From the human T2T-CHM13v2.0 reference genome, Homo sapiens, in assembly GCF_009914755.1 (NCBI RefSeq), contig NC_060938.1: a DNA stretch of 64,000 nucleotides; one strand, 5' to 3'. Positions 53,530 to 64,000 of the stretch are shown in pieces (the stretch's first letter is position 1; each line of letters starts with the position of its first letter). Below the pieces are notes generated by a model. It saw only the letters and a list, made by a program, of their open reading frames with translations. It ran no database searches and was not told the DNA's origin. A program made the translations under genes and the position numbers.

Positions 53530-53663
53530 AGGGTCGCCAGATTTAGCAAACAAGAATACAGGATCCCCAGTTAAATTTGAATTTCAGAAAAGTCTAAAAA
53601 ATTATTTGTTGTTTATCTGAAATTCGGTTCAACTGGGTGTCCTGTTTTTTATCTGGCAACCCT
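53530..53663. mobile_element. MER53 palindromic hAT MITE (internally deleted)
   Basis: Termini agggtcgccagat...atctggcaaccct; internal arms acaggatccccagttaaatttgaatttcaga / tctgaaattcggttcaactgggtgtcctgt. Confidence 0.8.
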
Positions 53664-53941
53664 GTACAGGACCCTTTGTGACTGCTAGTGAACAGACTGA
53701 ACCAAAATGAATTTGATAAGAATTGTTTCCCCCAGTTAACACAATAGAAAAAGATAAAGTCAAGATTGATTCTTGGCTTTCAATTGGATTCTTTCAATTT
53801 ACCACCAACCCTTGTTCACTTAAAGCAGTGGCTCCCCATCCTGGCTACCCGTTAGAATTATCTGAGGAGCATTTAAAAATATCCATACCCCATCCCTAAC
53901 CAATTAGAATTTGGGAGTTACTAAATGGGGAGTTAGAAAGG

Positions 53942-54099
53942 CAGGGCAGGGAGAGTGAGGCCAGGCAAGTGTATAGCATGCAAATTTAAGGAGGTGGCCA
54001 CTCTCAGGAGCCAACCCTGCACTTGCACAGCCCTGAGAGTGAGAACCTCCTTAAATCTTATGCCCTATACACCTGTTGGCCTCACCCTAGTCAGGCCCT
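53942..54099. mobile_element. MER96-like palindromic hAT-Tip100 MITE
   Basis: cagggc...aatttaaggaggtggccactctcagg..ccctgcacttgca..cctgagagtgagaacctccttaaat...gcctcaccctagtc..gccct. Confidence 0.75.
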
Positions 54100-54109
54100 A
54101 TTTAAAGAC

Positions 54110-54240
54110 CTAGGTAAGCCAGCACACCTATAGTCCCTACTATGAGGAGGATGGGATTGCTTGAGTCCAGGAATCTGAATCCAGCCTAGACAAAATAAGG
54201 AGACCCATCTTTAAAAGAAAAAAAAATAAGTTAAAGAAAA
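54110..54240 (+). mobile_element. Degraded monomeric Alu (FLAM/FRAM)
   Basis: cacctatagtccctact...ggattgcttgagtccagga...ccagcctagacaa...agacccatct plus A tail. Confidence 0.65.
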
Positions 54241-55679
54241 AGATGTAGGTAGGTACAGGGTTGTGCAGAAGAGCTTCCAGGGGATTTCTGAGCAGTCCTG
54301 GGTCCCAGCTCTGTGTTTCATTGCTTTAGAAGGAACATCGACCTTTCCGAGCAATGAACATCAGCTCCAGCTCATAAGCATGAGTCAGGGCAGGCTTCAC
54401 CAGGCCAGGTTTTCCTGAAATGTAAACTCACAGCAGGCTCTGGTTTCCTCTAGAAGACCACTCCTAAAAGGCTTTAAATGCTTAGGTTCCTTGTTCTTTT
54501 TCAGTTCAGGCTGGTGATTGAGTAGCTTCTAGTCATTGGCATCCTAAAGATTCTGTTTCACATTCAAGCATGGTTTTAAATTACTACAAGATGTAATGAA
54601 AGTATAGGTTTCACTCTTCTCTCCAAGGTTTTAAAGACTCTCACCCCTGTTCTCCTTCCTCCCTCTCTGCCTTCTGCCCTTTTCTTGCTGGTGATTTTCT
54701 GCCCCATCACTGGCAGCCTGGTCAGGAAGGCACCTCATTAATCCACCCACTGGTACAGTGTGCCCAGAACAGCCAAGGCCAACCTTGCTTGGAAGGCCAA
54801 CTCTCTGAACAGTCCCTTCCTTTACTGGCCTCTAAGTTCCGTGATGTCATCAGCATTCTGCCCCTGGCTGGCGGCCAGATCCTTAACTACTGATTCCCAG
54901 ATCTCTCCACGTTTTAAAATTCTAGGAAAAGAAACTGTACTTTTCCAGTGCTAAAAAAGGATGGGAATGGTTGGTGGAAGCTCCCAGCACAGCTAAAATT
55001 AACTTCTTTCTTTTGTGATAATTGAATGATTTTCAATGATGTTCTTCCTATAATAGGATTCAAAAAGTTTTCCTCAGGGGAAAATTTGGAAGAGAAAAAT
55101 ACAAGGGAAAGGGTTCTCTCAGACAGGGTTTGTAGCAATTTCCTTGCAATATGAAGCTCATGAAATTATATGGGTGTATCTCACTTAGCTTAATAGACAT
55201 GTCCCTGTAAAGTTTCATATAAATGGAATGTTTAAAAAATTAAATCACTGTAAGTGCACAAGGAAAGATGGCTAAATAAAGGAAGCCCGGGGTGACTCAC
55301 TTTATAAAGTGAATTATCTTTATGTAATGTACATCATCCTCCCCCACACACACATTGATTTATATATATATATATAATTTTGAATTTTTCAGAGGCTGGA
55401 TTCTCATAAGGTAAGGGTGCCTCTTACGATGACAACTGGACTGAGGTCACAGCTGTTCTCATACTCTGAAGCTGAACTTTTTATAACGTTCTCTGGGGAG
55501 TGTGTAGATGCCAGGGTTCTGCGGGGACTTTTAAGCTCTTACACTGACCCAGACTCCTCCTGGCCTATCCCTGGAGTGATGTGGGCTCTGGAGCACCCAG
55601 GGAAATTGTCAATGACTGGACAGTGGAAGAAGTCATGGTAGACAAGCTGAGGCTAACAGTTGCCAAGTGCAACATGAAA

Positions 55680-55910
55680 AGCAGTGTTGTGTAGCAGTTA
55701 GAAGCATGACCTCTGTGGCCAGAAGACTACGGCCCTGCGTCTGTCCTCTAGCTGGGTGATTCTCTGAGCCTCGGTATCCTCCTCTGTAGAATGGGGATGA
55801 TTACAGTGGTACCTACCTCAGGTACTACTACCTCAGGTCCTATTGCCAGGACTAAATGAAGAAGAAGACCTGGCACATAGGAAGAGCTCAAAAGATTGCT
55901 AACTACTTTT
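55680..55910 (+). mobile_element. MIR
   Basis: ctctgagcctcggtatcctcctctgtagaatggggatgattacagtggtacctacctca...cctggcacatagg. Confidence 0.75.
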
Positions 55911-55979
55911 AACTTGTCTGGACATGCTCTATTAGAGTAGGAAGGAAACTATAACAAGAAAAGAAAACCAAAGATGCTA

Positions 55980-56180
55980 CTGTCTACTGAGTGCTGCTCC
56001 ATGCCAGATACATGCTGAACTCATTCATTCAATCCTCACATCACACGAACGGTCACTAATAGTATCCCCACTTCCTAGAGAAGAAAACTGCAGTTCAGAG
56101 AGGGTAAGCAATTATTCTAATGCCACACAGCAGATAAGGCACAAAGCAGATGACTTGAGGCCAGTCCTATGTGCTCTTTT
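55980..56180 (-). mobile_element. MIR
   Basis: ttcaatcctcaca...tatccccact...gaagaaaactgcagttcagagagggtaag...gccacacagc. Confidence 0.7.
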
Positions 56181-56213
56181 CACTCTGTCTCAAGCCTGAG
56201 AAGACCAGAGCCT

Positions 56214-56767
56214 AAAGGTGACTTTTCAAAGATGAAGCCCTCAGACCTGGAGGGTATTTAGATTTGGAAGTAAAATGGTTCAGGAGGTGACATAAAGAAA
56301 GAAGGAGAGAGAAATTTATTCAACAAAGACTGATGGAGAGTCTAGAGTGTGCAGGTACTCCAGGTAGCAAAGGAAAATGGGGGTGACAGTCATATAAAAT
56401 TACAAAGAACCCCAGCCAGTTGTTAGGATTTAGATATGAAAACTGTGCTGTTGAATTCTTAAGCAAAAAAATGACTAACTTTGAGGAAGACTTCAAAAGA
56501 GAGGTGACATTTGAAAGCTTTACAAGTATTATCTTATTTAATTCCTTAGTATTTGGTGAGATGTCCACCCCCACTGGACTTTGAGGCCAAGAGTGGGGTC
56601 TTCTTTCCCTTTGTTACCTGGAGTACCTGCAGACCCTAGACTCTCAATCAGTCTTTGTTGAATAAATTTCTCTCTCCTCCTTTCTTTATGTCACTTCTTG
56701 AACCATTTTACTTCCAAATCTAAATACCCTCCAGGTCTGAGGCCTTCATCTTTGAAAACTCACCTTT
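56214..56767. repeat. Long inverted duplication: 160-bp arms (56214-56373 / 56608-56767), 234-bp spacer
   Basis: Ungapped alignment by eye gives 9 mismatches in 160 bp (~94%). Confidence 0.95.
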
Positions 56768-56789
56768 TCATCTATCACCCTGGGGCAGG

Positions 56790-57235
56790 AACTGCTGGTT
56801 GCCCACCTAGTATTTAAAAGGCACTTTTTAACTTTACATGGCCAGGCAGTGTGGCTGGCTAAAAGTCTCTATTTTCCAGTCTCCCTGGCAGGCAGCTATG
56901 GCCCATAAGATGGAAACAGATCATTGGGTCAGACTTCCAAAAAAGCTTCTTAAAAGGGGTATAGGCTATTTACTTGGAGTTTCTAAGCTCTTTCCTCTTC
57001 TTCCTGGTTCTTGCCTGAAATGAAGACAAGACGGCTAAGGCTCTAGCACCAACTTGTGACCTTGAGAAAGGCAAGGGGAGTCTGGTCCCTGGTGACCGTG
57101 ACTTGCTGTAGCAACCTTGGACTGCCGAGCTCCAGACTTGCTTGTTTAAATGAAAGAAAAATAAACTATCTTACTTAAGCCTGTGTTATTTTTGGCAATT
57201 GTTATTAGCATCTGACCCAATCCCTAACTGGCATA
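56790..57235 (+). mobile_element. MaLR LTR (MLT1-like)
   Basis: ...ctccagacttg...aataaactatcttacttaagcctgtgttatttttgg...ttgttattagca...cctaactg. Confidence 0.6.
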
Positions 57236-59264
57236 AGCTCCTGAGGCCATTAGGCAGAGGTGCTGGGTTCCCACTACCCTACACTGTTGGGGCAAGCCTG
57301 TGGCTCCAGGGCACCCGAAGAGCCTAGAGTGTTTCCTTTAAATTGCAATTCCTTTTTTGTCAACTGTTTAGGCCCTGGCATCAAGCACACAGCCTGGTAC
57401 TCAGTAGCACTCAATAATGTATGTTGAAAGAATACAATGAATAACTGCCGCTCGACCATTTCCCCAAGGAGCTGTTTTTCTGAGGGGTTTAGAATCATGC
57501 CTTCTCGGATTTCCACAGGACAGCATCAGTACGAAGCTTGTGGGACATCCAAAGTGCTTTGAGATATTTAAAAAGTAAAGAATAAATCGGAAATGATAAA
57601 CATTTAAACAATGAAGATATACATAAAGCCTCATTTAAGTAGTATGTTTTAAAAGGTGAAGCAAAATTGTGTATTTTTTGTAGATTTTAAAAATATAATT
57701 AAATGGGATGAAAGTAAGAGCTGCTATCCCAAATCCCTGTTTTTAAAAAATTATTTTTGAGTGATTGCAAAATAACAAATATAACTTTGTAAAAGAATCG
57801 AAATTATTTAGAAAGGTTAAATATTGAAAGCCCTTTCATAACTACTGCTATGGAACAGTTTGGTAAATATCCTTTTAACTCTTCCTGTACATAAAAATCA
57901 TGCAAATAGATGCGTATAAACATAAGCTCATGATGTGTATATTATTTTGCAACCTTTGCTTTTTTCACTTAACATCCTATCTTGGGCATTTCCCCACGTC
58001 TGTGCATTTAGATTAACCTGGTTCTCTGTAAGGTAATAGAGCATCCTTTATCCCAATACCCTCCTTTAATATAAATCTGTTTGGATGTAATTTTGACCTT
58101 GCTCTCTAAAGAGTCATCATGTTTACCTGAGGAGGTTGATGAGAAAGACATCAGAGATTAACTCTCACCCCTAACTAAAGTGAGCTGGGCCCTGCAGTAG
58201 TCAGACAGGCTGGCAGATGTCTAGATTGAGAAATAAAAATATCCCAGGATCAAGATTTTGTGGATAGAAAGCCATGAAGCTCAGAGTTAGGAACAAACAA
58301 CTTGGGCCCATCAAGATAATGGACATGCTTCTAGAATCCCTGACAATTCCTGCCAGCGGCAGGCATTGATCACCTGAGAAGCAGGTATCATTCCCCAGTC
58401 CTGTAGGAGACAGTCTCTTCTTGACTGGCCTTCTCATAGGGCACTGAGCCTCTGGAGTGCTGAGCACTGGCTTTTCAGCTTCTGGGTACTGGGGAGGAAG
58501 TGGTCAAAAACCCAGGGGGAAAAGAAAAAAACCTCTGCCCTGGGGAAGTTGAGGCTCTACGTGTGGAGATGAATTATGTGAACCCCACTCCCACCACGGC
58601 CAAACCCCGTAAATCACCCCAGTCAGCTACCATCACTGGAGCTCCCTTTGTAAATGTTGACAGCAGCTGCTATCAACTTGGGCAGCCAACTGGGCTCAGC
58701 CAAGAAGCCTTTGGGGAAGATGTGGGTTAATCATCAAGCAAGGCTTTAAAAGCGGACGGAGGCCAGAGGCCAGACCCCCGCTGGTGCAGATGCACAGACC
58801 TGTGACAGAGGTGCAGGCTGTGGGGCGGCGTGGAGGCGGGAGGTGGTGGGGGGATCAACAAGATTACCTCAGGCAGGGAGAAGAGTCTGAGGGGGAATGT
58901 AAGAAGCACAGGAAATGAGTGCAAGCAGGAGGGGCTTTCGAACTGTGTTGAGATTGACTTGGATAGATTAGCAGTGGGGAGCAGCTGTGGCTTGGGCAGA
59001 GGCACCTCTGAGGCCAGCCAGGCAGGCCACAGCTGCACCTGCTGGGCCCCTTCCTGCCATGCACCTATAAGGAAGCAGCTCCACCAGGAACCCCACCAGC
59101 CTCTGTCTTGTGCCAGTTGGGTAATGTGCACCCGGATGCATCCAGTATTATTGTTTCATTGGCAAAGCAGTTCAGGATTTTCTAGCTGACCAGTTGGCCC
59201 AATTAGGATTTCTCCCTCACAGATAGCAAAAAAGTTGGGCCTGCCTTCCAGTCCACTTTGCCAA

Positions 59265-59324
59265 TCCTCCTGCTAGAGAACTGAAGTCAGTCCTCCAGTC
59301 CTCCTGCTAGAGAACTGAAGTCAG
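59265..59324 (+). repeat. 26-bp perfect direct repeat with 8-bp spacer
   Basis: tcctcctgctagagaactgaagtcag at 59265-59290 and 59299-59324. Confidence 0.92.
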
Positions 59325-60076
59325 ACAATGTTGGGTTTATGGACTAGTTGCAATGAGGAATAACACACAGATAGCACGGGGAGCCATGGGGCAGCTCAGT
59401 AAGAGGATGTGATAAAGGACTTCTTGTAGGATTTGGGCTTAGGTGATACTGGGGAGGATTCAGGGAAGTGGGAGATTGCTCTGGATTTTGGATGTTATCA
59501 GGAAGCAGAGGTAATTCTAGGACTGGGTATCTTAATAATTCTTACCTAGAAGGCAGAAGGAATGAGATGAGGCTAAAGGTGTAATTAATAAAGAAGCAGA
59601 AGTTGCTCATATTAGCCAGGAAAGGAGCATCTTTGGTCATTCTTGTGGTTCGGACAATGTTCTTATTTTTGTCTGGGTCTAGACATGATTATGGGATCAT
59701 CTCGTTTTCTTTTGCTCCATTACAGTCACAGAGCGGCTGTATCTGATGTTGGTGTTCTATGGAAATTATGTTCAACAGGAGCACACCATGGCCCAGATGT
59801 GAGCGCCAGGCTTATGTCTAAAGGCAGCCAGGAATCCTGCAGAGAAAAGATTCTGATGGTTCTCAGCATTCCTATCTAAGCAGAAGCTCCTCTTGCAGGG
59901 CTAGAGATGATGCCGGAAGAAAGCAGGTGCTCCTGTTGGAAGGCTGCCTCAGGTCTATTCATCCATTCAACAAATACTTTTTGAATGGGAAACATACTCA
60001 GGCACTTGGGACAGAGCCGTGACATGGATAGTTCTCATGGGTATACATTTTATTGAGGGACACAGACAATATGAGT

Positions 60077-60280
60077 GAACAACACTGGGGCCTGTTGGGG
60101 GATGGGGTGGGGGGAGGGAGAGTATTAGAAAAGATGGCTAATGTATGCTGGGCTTAATACCTAGGTGATGAGTCGACAGGTGCAATAAACCACTATGGCG
60201 CATGTTTACCTGTGTAACAAACCTGCACATCCTGCACATGTACCCCAGAACTAAAAATTAAAAAATATATTTAAAAATAA
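60077..60280 (+). mobile_element. L1PA 3' end (5'-truncated) inside an antisense L2 relic
   Basis: ggggcctgttggggg...gggcttaatacctaggtgatg...gtaacaaacctgcacatcctgcacatgtaccccagaact plus A-rich tail. Confidence 0.9.
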
Positions 60281-60748
60281 AGTCACGGGTATTACCGGGC
60301 ATTATAAAGACAATAAAAGTAGTTGTCAGAGAATGACTGGGGGACACTTTGGAGAGGTGGTCAGGTAAATGCTCTCTGAGGAGGTGATCAGAAGGTTCCC
60401 TGTGAGATTCTAAGGTGAGACTAGCAGCAGGAAGAAGGCAGGAACATCTGCAGTGTGGTAACTGAGGGAGAGATGGGCTGAGATGAGGCTAGAAAGGTGG
60501 GCTGTGTTAGGGGGTTTGGGGTTTACTCCCCATGCCCTGGGAGGCCACTGGAAGACTTTAGCGAGAAGAACAGCAGGCCCCACATCTCCCTGTGAAACAG
60601 CAGAGGCTTGCAGCATACTGGCCTCTCAGCATCCCAAGACCTGTTCCTGACCTGCCCCAGCCCCTCCCTCCAGGCCTGGGGTTTTGGGTGTACGGGAAAT
60701 AGTCTGACTGTCTCCTACTCTGCTGAGGTCAGTCATTGTTCAGAGTGG

Positions 60749-61257
60749 TGTATTAGTTCCCTATTTCTGCTGTAACAAATTACCACAACTTAGTAGCTTA
60801 AAGCAACACAAATGTACTACCTTATAGTTCTGGAACTCAGAAATCCTAGCATCAAGATGTCTGCGGGGCCTTTGCCTCCCAGAGGCTGCAGGGAAGTACC
60901 TGTTTCCTTGCCTTTCCCAGCTTCTAGAGGCTACCTCCATCCCTTGGCTTGTGGCTCCTTCCTCCACCTTCAAAGCTGGTGGCATAGCATCTTCAAAGCT
61001 CGCCCACTGTCTCTCTGACTATGACCCCTGCTTCCATCATCATAGCTCATTCCCCGACTCTGACCCACCTCCCTCCCTCTTATAAGAACCCCTGTGATTA
61101 CACCAACCCCACCCAGATAATTCAGGATAATCTCTCTATCTCAAGGCTCTTAAATTAGCCACATCTTCAAAGTCCCTTTTGCCATGTAAGGTAACATATT
61201 CACAGGTTTTGGGAGTTAGGAGTTAAACATCTTTGGGGAGCCATTCTGTCTACCACA
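60749..61257 (-). mobile_element. MLT1C-like MaLR solo LTR
   Basis: tgtattagtt...gctgtaacaaattaccacaacttagtagcttaaagcaaca...gccatgtaaggtaacatattcacagg...taccaca. Confidence 0.85.
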
Positions 61258-62199
61258 GGTAGTCACCTGGACAGCAGAGAACCGAAATTTATCTTGAGCC
61301 ATTCTACTAATGATATGTGTCATTTAGCCACTGGAAACCTACTCACTTATCTGTAAAAATGAGATGAGTACTTGCCCCACCTACCTCAGAAAGTTATTGT
61401 ATCACATGAATTAACATAGCACATCTGGAAAAAAAGAAATGCTGTAAAATATAAGGAATAAATATGATGTGTTATGGAGTCTGCCAAACATAGGTACCAA
61501 GGGCATGTTATATATTAACATAAAATACTGAAATTGAAAGAACCAGGTTTGAGTCCTGCTCTTAAAAATACTTGCTGTGTGACCTTGGACAAGTAACTTA
61601 AAAAGTATTTGGGTTTTGTGTGTAAAATTTGGAAAACGCTATCTTCTCACAATAGTATTGTGAAGTTAAAATCAAGTAATATAGGCTGGGGTGCTGTGTG
61701 AAATGCTACACAAATGTTCTTTATTGAATATTTCATGGACAAGTGCCCAAATACTTCTTCCTAGATAGATGCTTAATGAATCCAAGTAACGGGGTGGTAC
61801 CTATCAGACCAATGCCAACTGGTTTGGAATCTCCACTGTATACAGTGAGTGAGAAATGAAAAGAAGATAGTAAACCGGGGGTCACTCCCATTCCCTCCCC
61901 GCTCAGTTACTGAGGGGTTACAGAGCAGGAGGAAGAGCCTGCAGCATCTAAAATGGTTGGTTAGTCAGAAAAATGCAGAAAAATGCAAAAATACTGAGAA
62001 TATAGAATCTTCCTGCAATAAAGAGGTTTAGATTGAGGCAGACTTTCTCCAGAAGAAGCATCTGTAGTCATATTTAAGACATTCAAATAAATTGCTCAAG
62101 AACAGCCTTGTTTATTCAGCGCCTATCATGTAACTTGAGCAGAAATGGGCAGGAAATATGTGCCTTCTGAGTGTGAGCTATAGACCCACGGACATATTA

Positions 62200-62720
62200 A
62201 TTTATTCAGCATACCATTTTTGAGCACCTAACAATGTGATAGACACTCTCCTGCTTCTGGGGATACAGCAGGAGGTAAACACAGAAAACCCGCCTGCCCT
62301 CATAGAGCTTATTTTCTAGTTGAGGAGATGAACATAAATCAAACGATCCACAGATGAATGTAAAATTATATTTATAACTCAAAGGCAAGGTTCACCATGC
62401 TATGAAGCTTATCACAGGGCTTAGAACTTGGCCTCTGAAGGGTAACAGTTCAGCTGAGATCTGATGGCTGAGCATGTGTATTAAGAGGGAAGAGGAGGAG
62501 GGAAGAGATTTCCAGGCTGAGGGAACAGCATATGCAAAGGCAAAGAGGAAGCATGGAATATTGGAAGACCTCAGAGAAGCCCATTGTGTCTGGAACTGGA
62601 CTCAGAGTGACAGGGACAGTGGTCAAGATATAGACTGGAGAGGTGGGCAGGGGAGTTCTGGCTACAAGGGTCATTATGTGGGCAGATACAATGGCTGACA
62701 AAATCAGGACATAAGGTTTC
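62200..62720 (-). mobile_element. L2 fragment
   Basis: tttattcagca...ttgagcacctaac...ctgccctcatagagctta...ttccaggctgagggaacagcatatgcaaaggc. Confidence 0.75.
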
Positions 62721-63592
62721 ACTCAGTCCAAGGTTTTGTTTTGATTTTAATGCTCCTAGAAGAATCTTATCATTGCATGTTTCTAACTGGAAAAACCCCT
62801 TAAATATGTAATAATTAACTCAAATTCTCAGCTGGGTAAGAAGCACATTAAGTCACCCTGTGTAGGTCAATGAAAGGTGCCCAGGTGGGTCTTAGGTGTC
62901 CATACCCGGCACTGCAAAGACTGGCTCCAAGATGGGATGCAAAGACCAGAATGGGAATCACTGACAGCAGCTCTTGCCTCACTGTTGTGCTTTTCCAAGG
63001 ATTTCACATGCATGAGCACATTGGACTGCTGCAAGACATCTGTGAAATGGGAAGAATGTAGTAGTTGTGGGGAGATGGCCAATGACTTGCCCCAGCACCC
63101 ACAGTGACAAAGGGAAACCTTGAACTCATATTCACTGTTTCTAGATAACAATGGTTTTCCCCACAGACCACAACTGAGTCACCTACATTCTTTATTTCTC
63201 TCTCTCTCTCTCTGACCTCCTTAAAATAATAGAACTTAGAATGATCAAACTCAAAGGGGACTTTAAACACCTCTCAACTTATTTAATTCCCTCCTTTGCA
63301 AATTGTAACAAGTTTAAATATTTTGAGAAGCAATAGTATTTCCCCCAAATAAAGACTAAAACTGACTTCTCTCTTTCCACTAAAGAAAGAGAGAAGTCAT
63401 TATTCTGGTCCTTTCTAGTGACTCATTTTTGGCTCTTGGAACATGTGCTGTCATGGAAAGACTCTTCCTATAATTCACTGTGACCTTAGAAGGCAGATCA
63501 CTTTACCTCAGTTACCCTCTGTTTTCTCACTGTAAAATAAAAATGTAAAATAACTACAACCAATGATGACAAATTCATCTTACATCGTAACC

Positions 63593-63595
<3 letters not shown>

Positions 63596-63639
<44 letters not shown>
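63596..63639 (+). repeat. (CA)22 microsatellite
   Basis: Direct count. Confidence 0.95.
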
Positions 63640-63641
<2 letters not shown>

Positions 63642-64000
63642 GTGAGAGAGTATTGAAACAAAAGTTCCAGGAATCTGTACTTATTCTTACTAGTACAATG
63701 TACACTATTTTCATTCTAGTCTGTTCTATTCCATTTCATTCTATTCTTCCAAATAGCTCTTAGATATCCAGTAAATGGATTTTACTACCCACTAAAATGT
63801 GAAGTCCTCAGGTTGACAAGTGCTAGTCTGGATACTCTCTGAGGCACCCTCCAGTCCTGGTTCTCTGACATCCACTGGGGCTGCCCAGAGTCTCCTGGAG
63901 GCCTCTTTCCAGCAAGGCAGGTCCCCTTCTGCAGCCGCAAGAGTGACTTGGAGACACTCTTTATCAGTCCTTGGGCCTCTAGTCCTTGGACCAACTAGTG

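Noticed and set aside
60097-60120. G-quadruplex motif
   Set aside because: Standard G-rich tract of the L1PA 3' UTR.

Overview
Mammalian (human-like, Alu-rich) genomic DNA. The + strand carries the 3' end of PRKCH (protein kinase C eta). Bases 1-16345 are intron, followed by the penultimate coding exon (16346-16489), the last exon (CDS 18289-18435, with AGC turn and hydrophobic motifs) and a ~1.1 kb 3' UTR ending after AATAAA at 19558. From recalled knowledge this is chr14q23.1, on the HIF1A side of PRKCH. The remaining ~44 kb has no credible protein-coding gene. It is a mosaic of Alu, MIR, L1, L2, CR1/L3, MaLR LTR and hAT MITE relics, with one small CpG/GC-box promoter-like patch (~37.3-37.6 kb). 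The most notable observations are: a 160-bp, ~94% identical ungapped non-Alu inverted duplication (56214-56767) able to form a long hairpin; a tailless 3'-truncated Alu with an 11-bp TSD, inverted against its neighbour; a 98-nt pre-miRNA-sized fold-back; a candidate 65-nt poison exon in the PRKCH intron; a proximal polyA signal directly upstream of a miR-24 8mer site; a 130-bp dispersed intronic duplication; and a CR1/L3 reverse-transcriptase fossil. I found no clear evidence of a novel multi-gene system. Repeat subfamily calls and boundaries were made by eye and are approximate.
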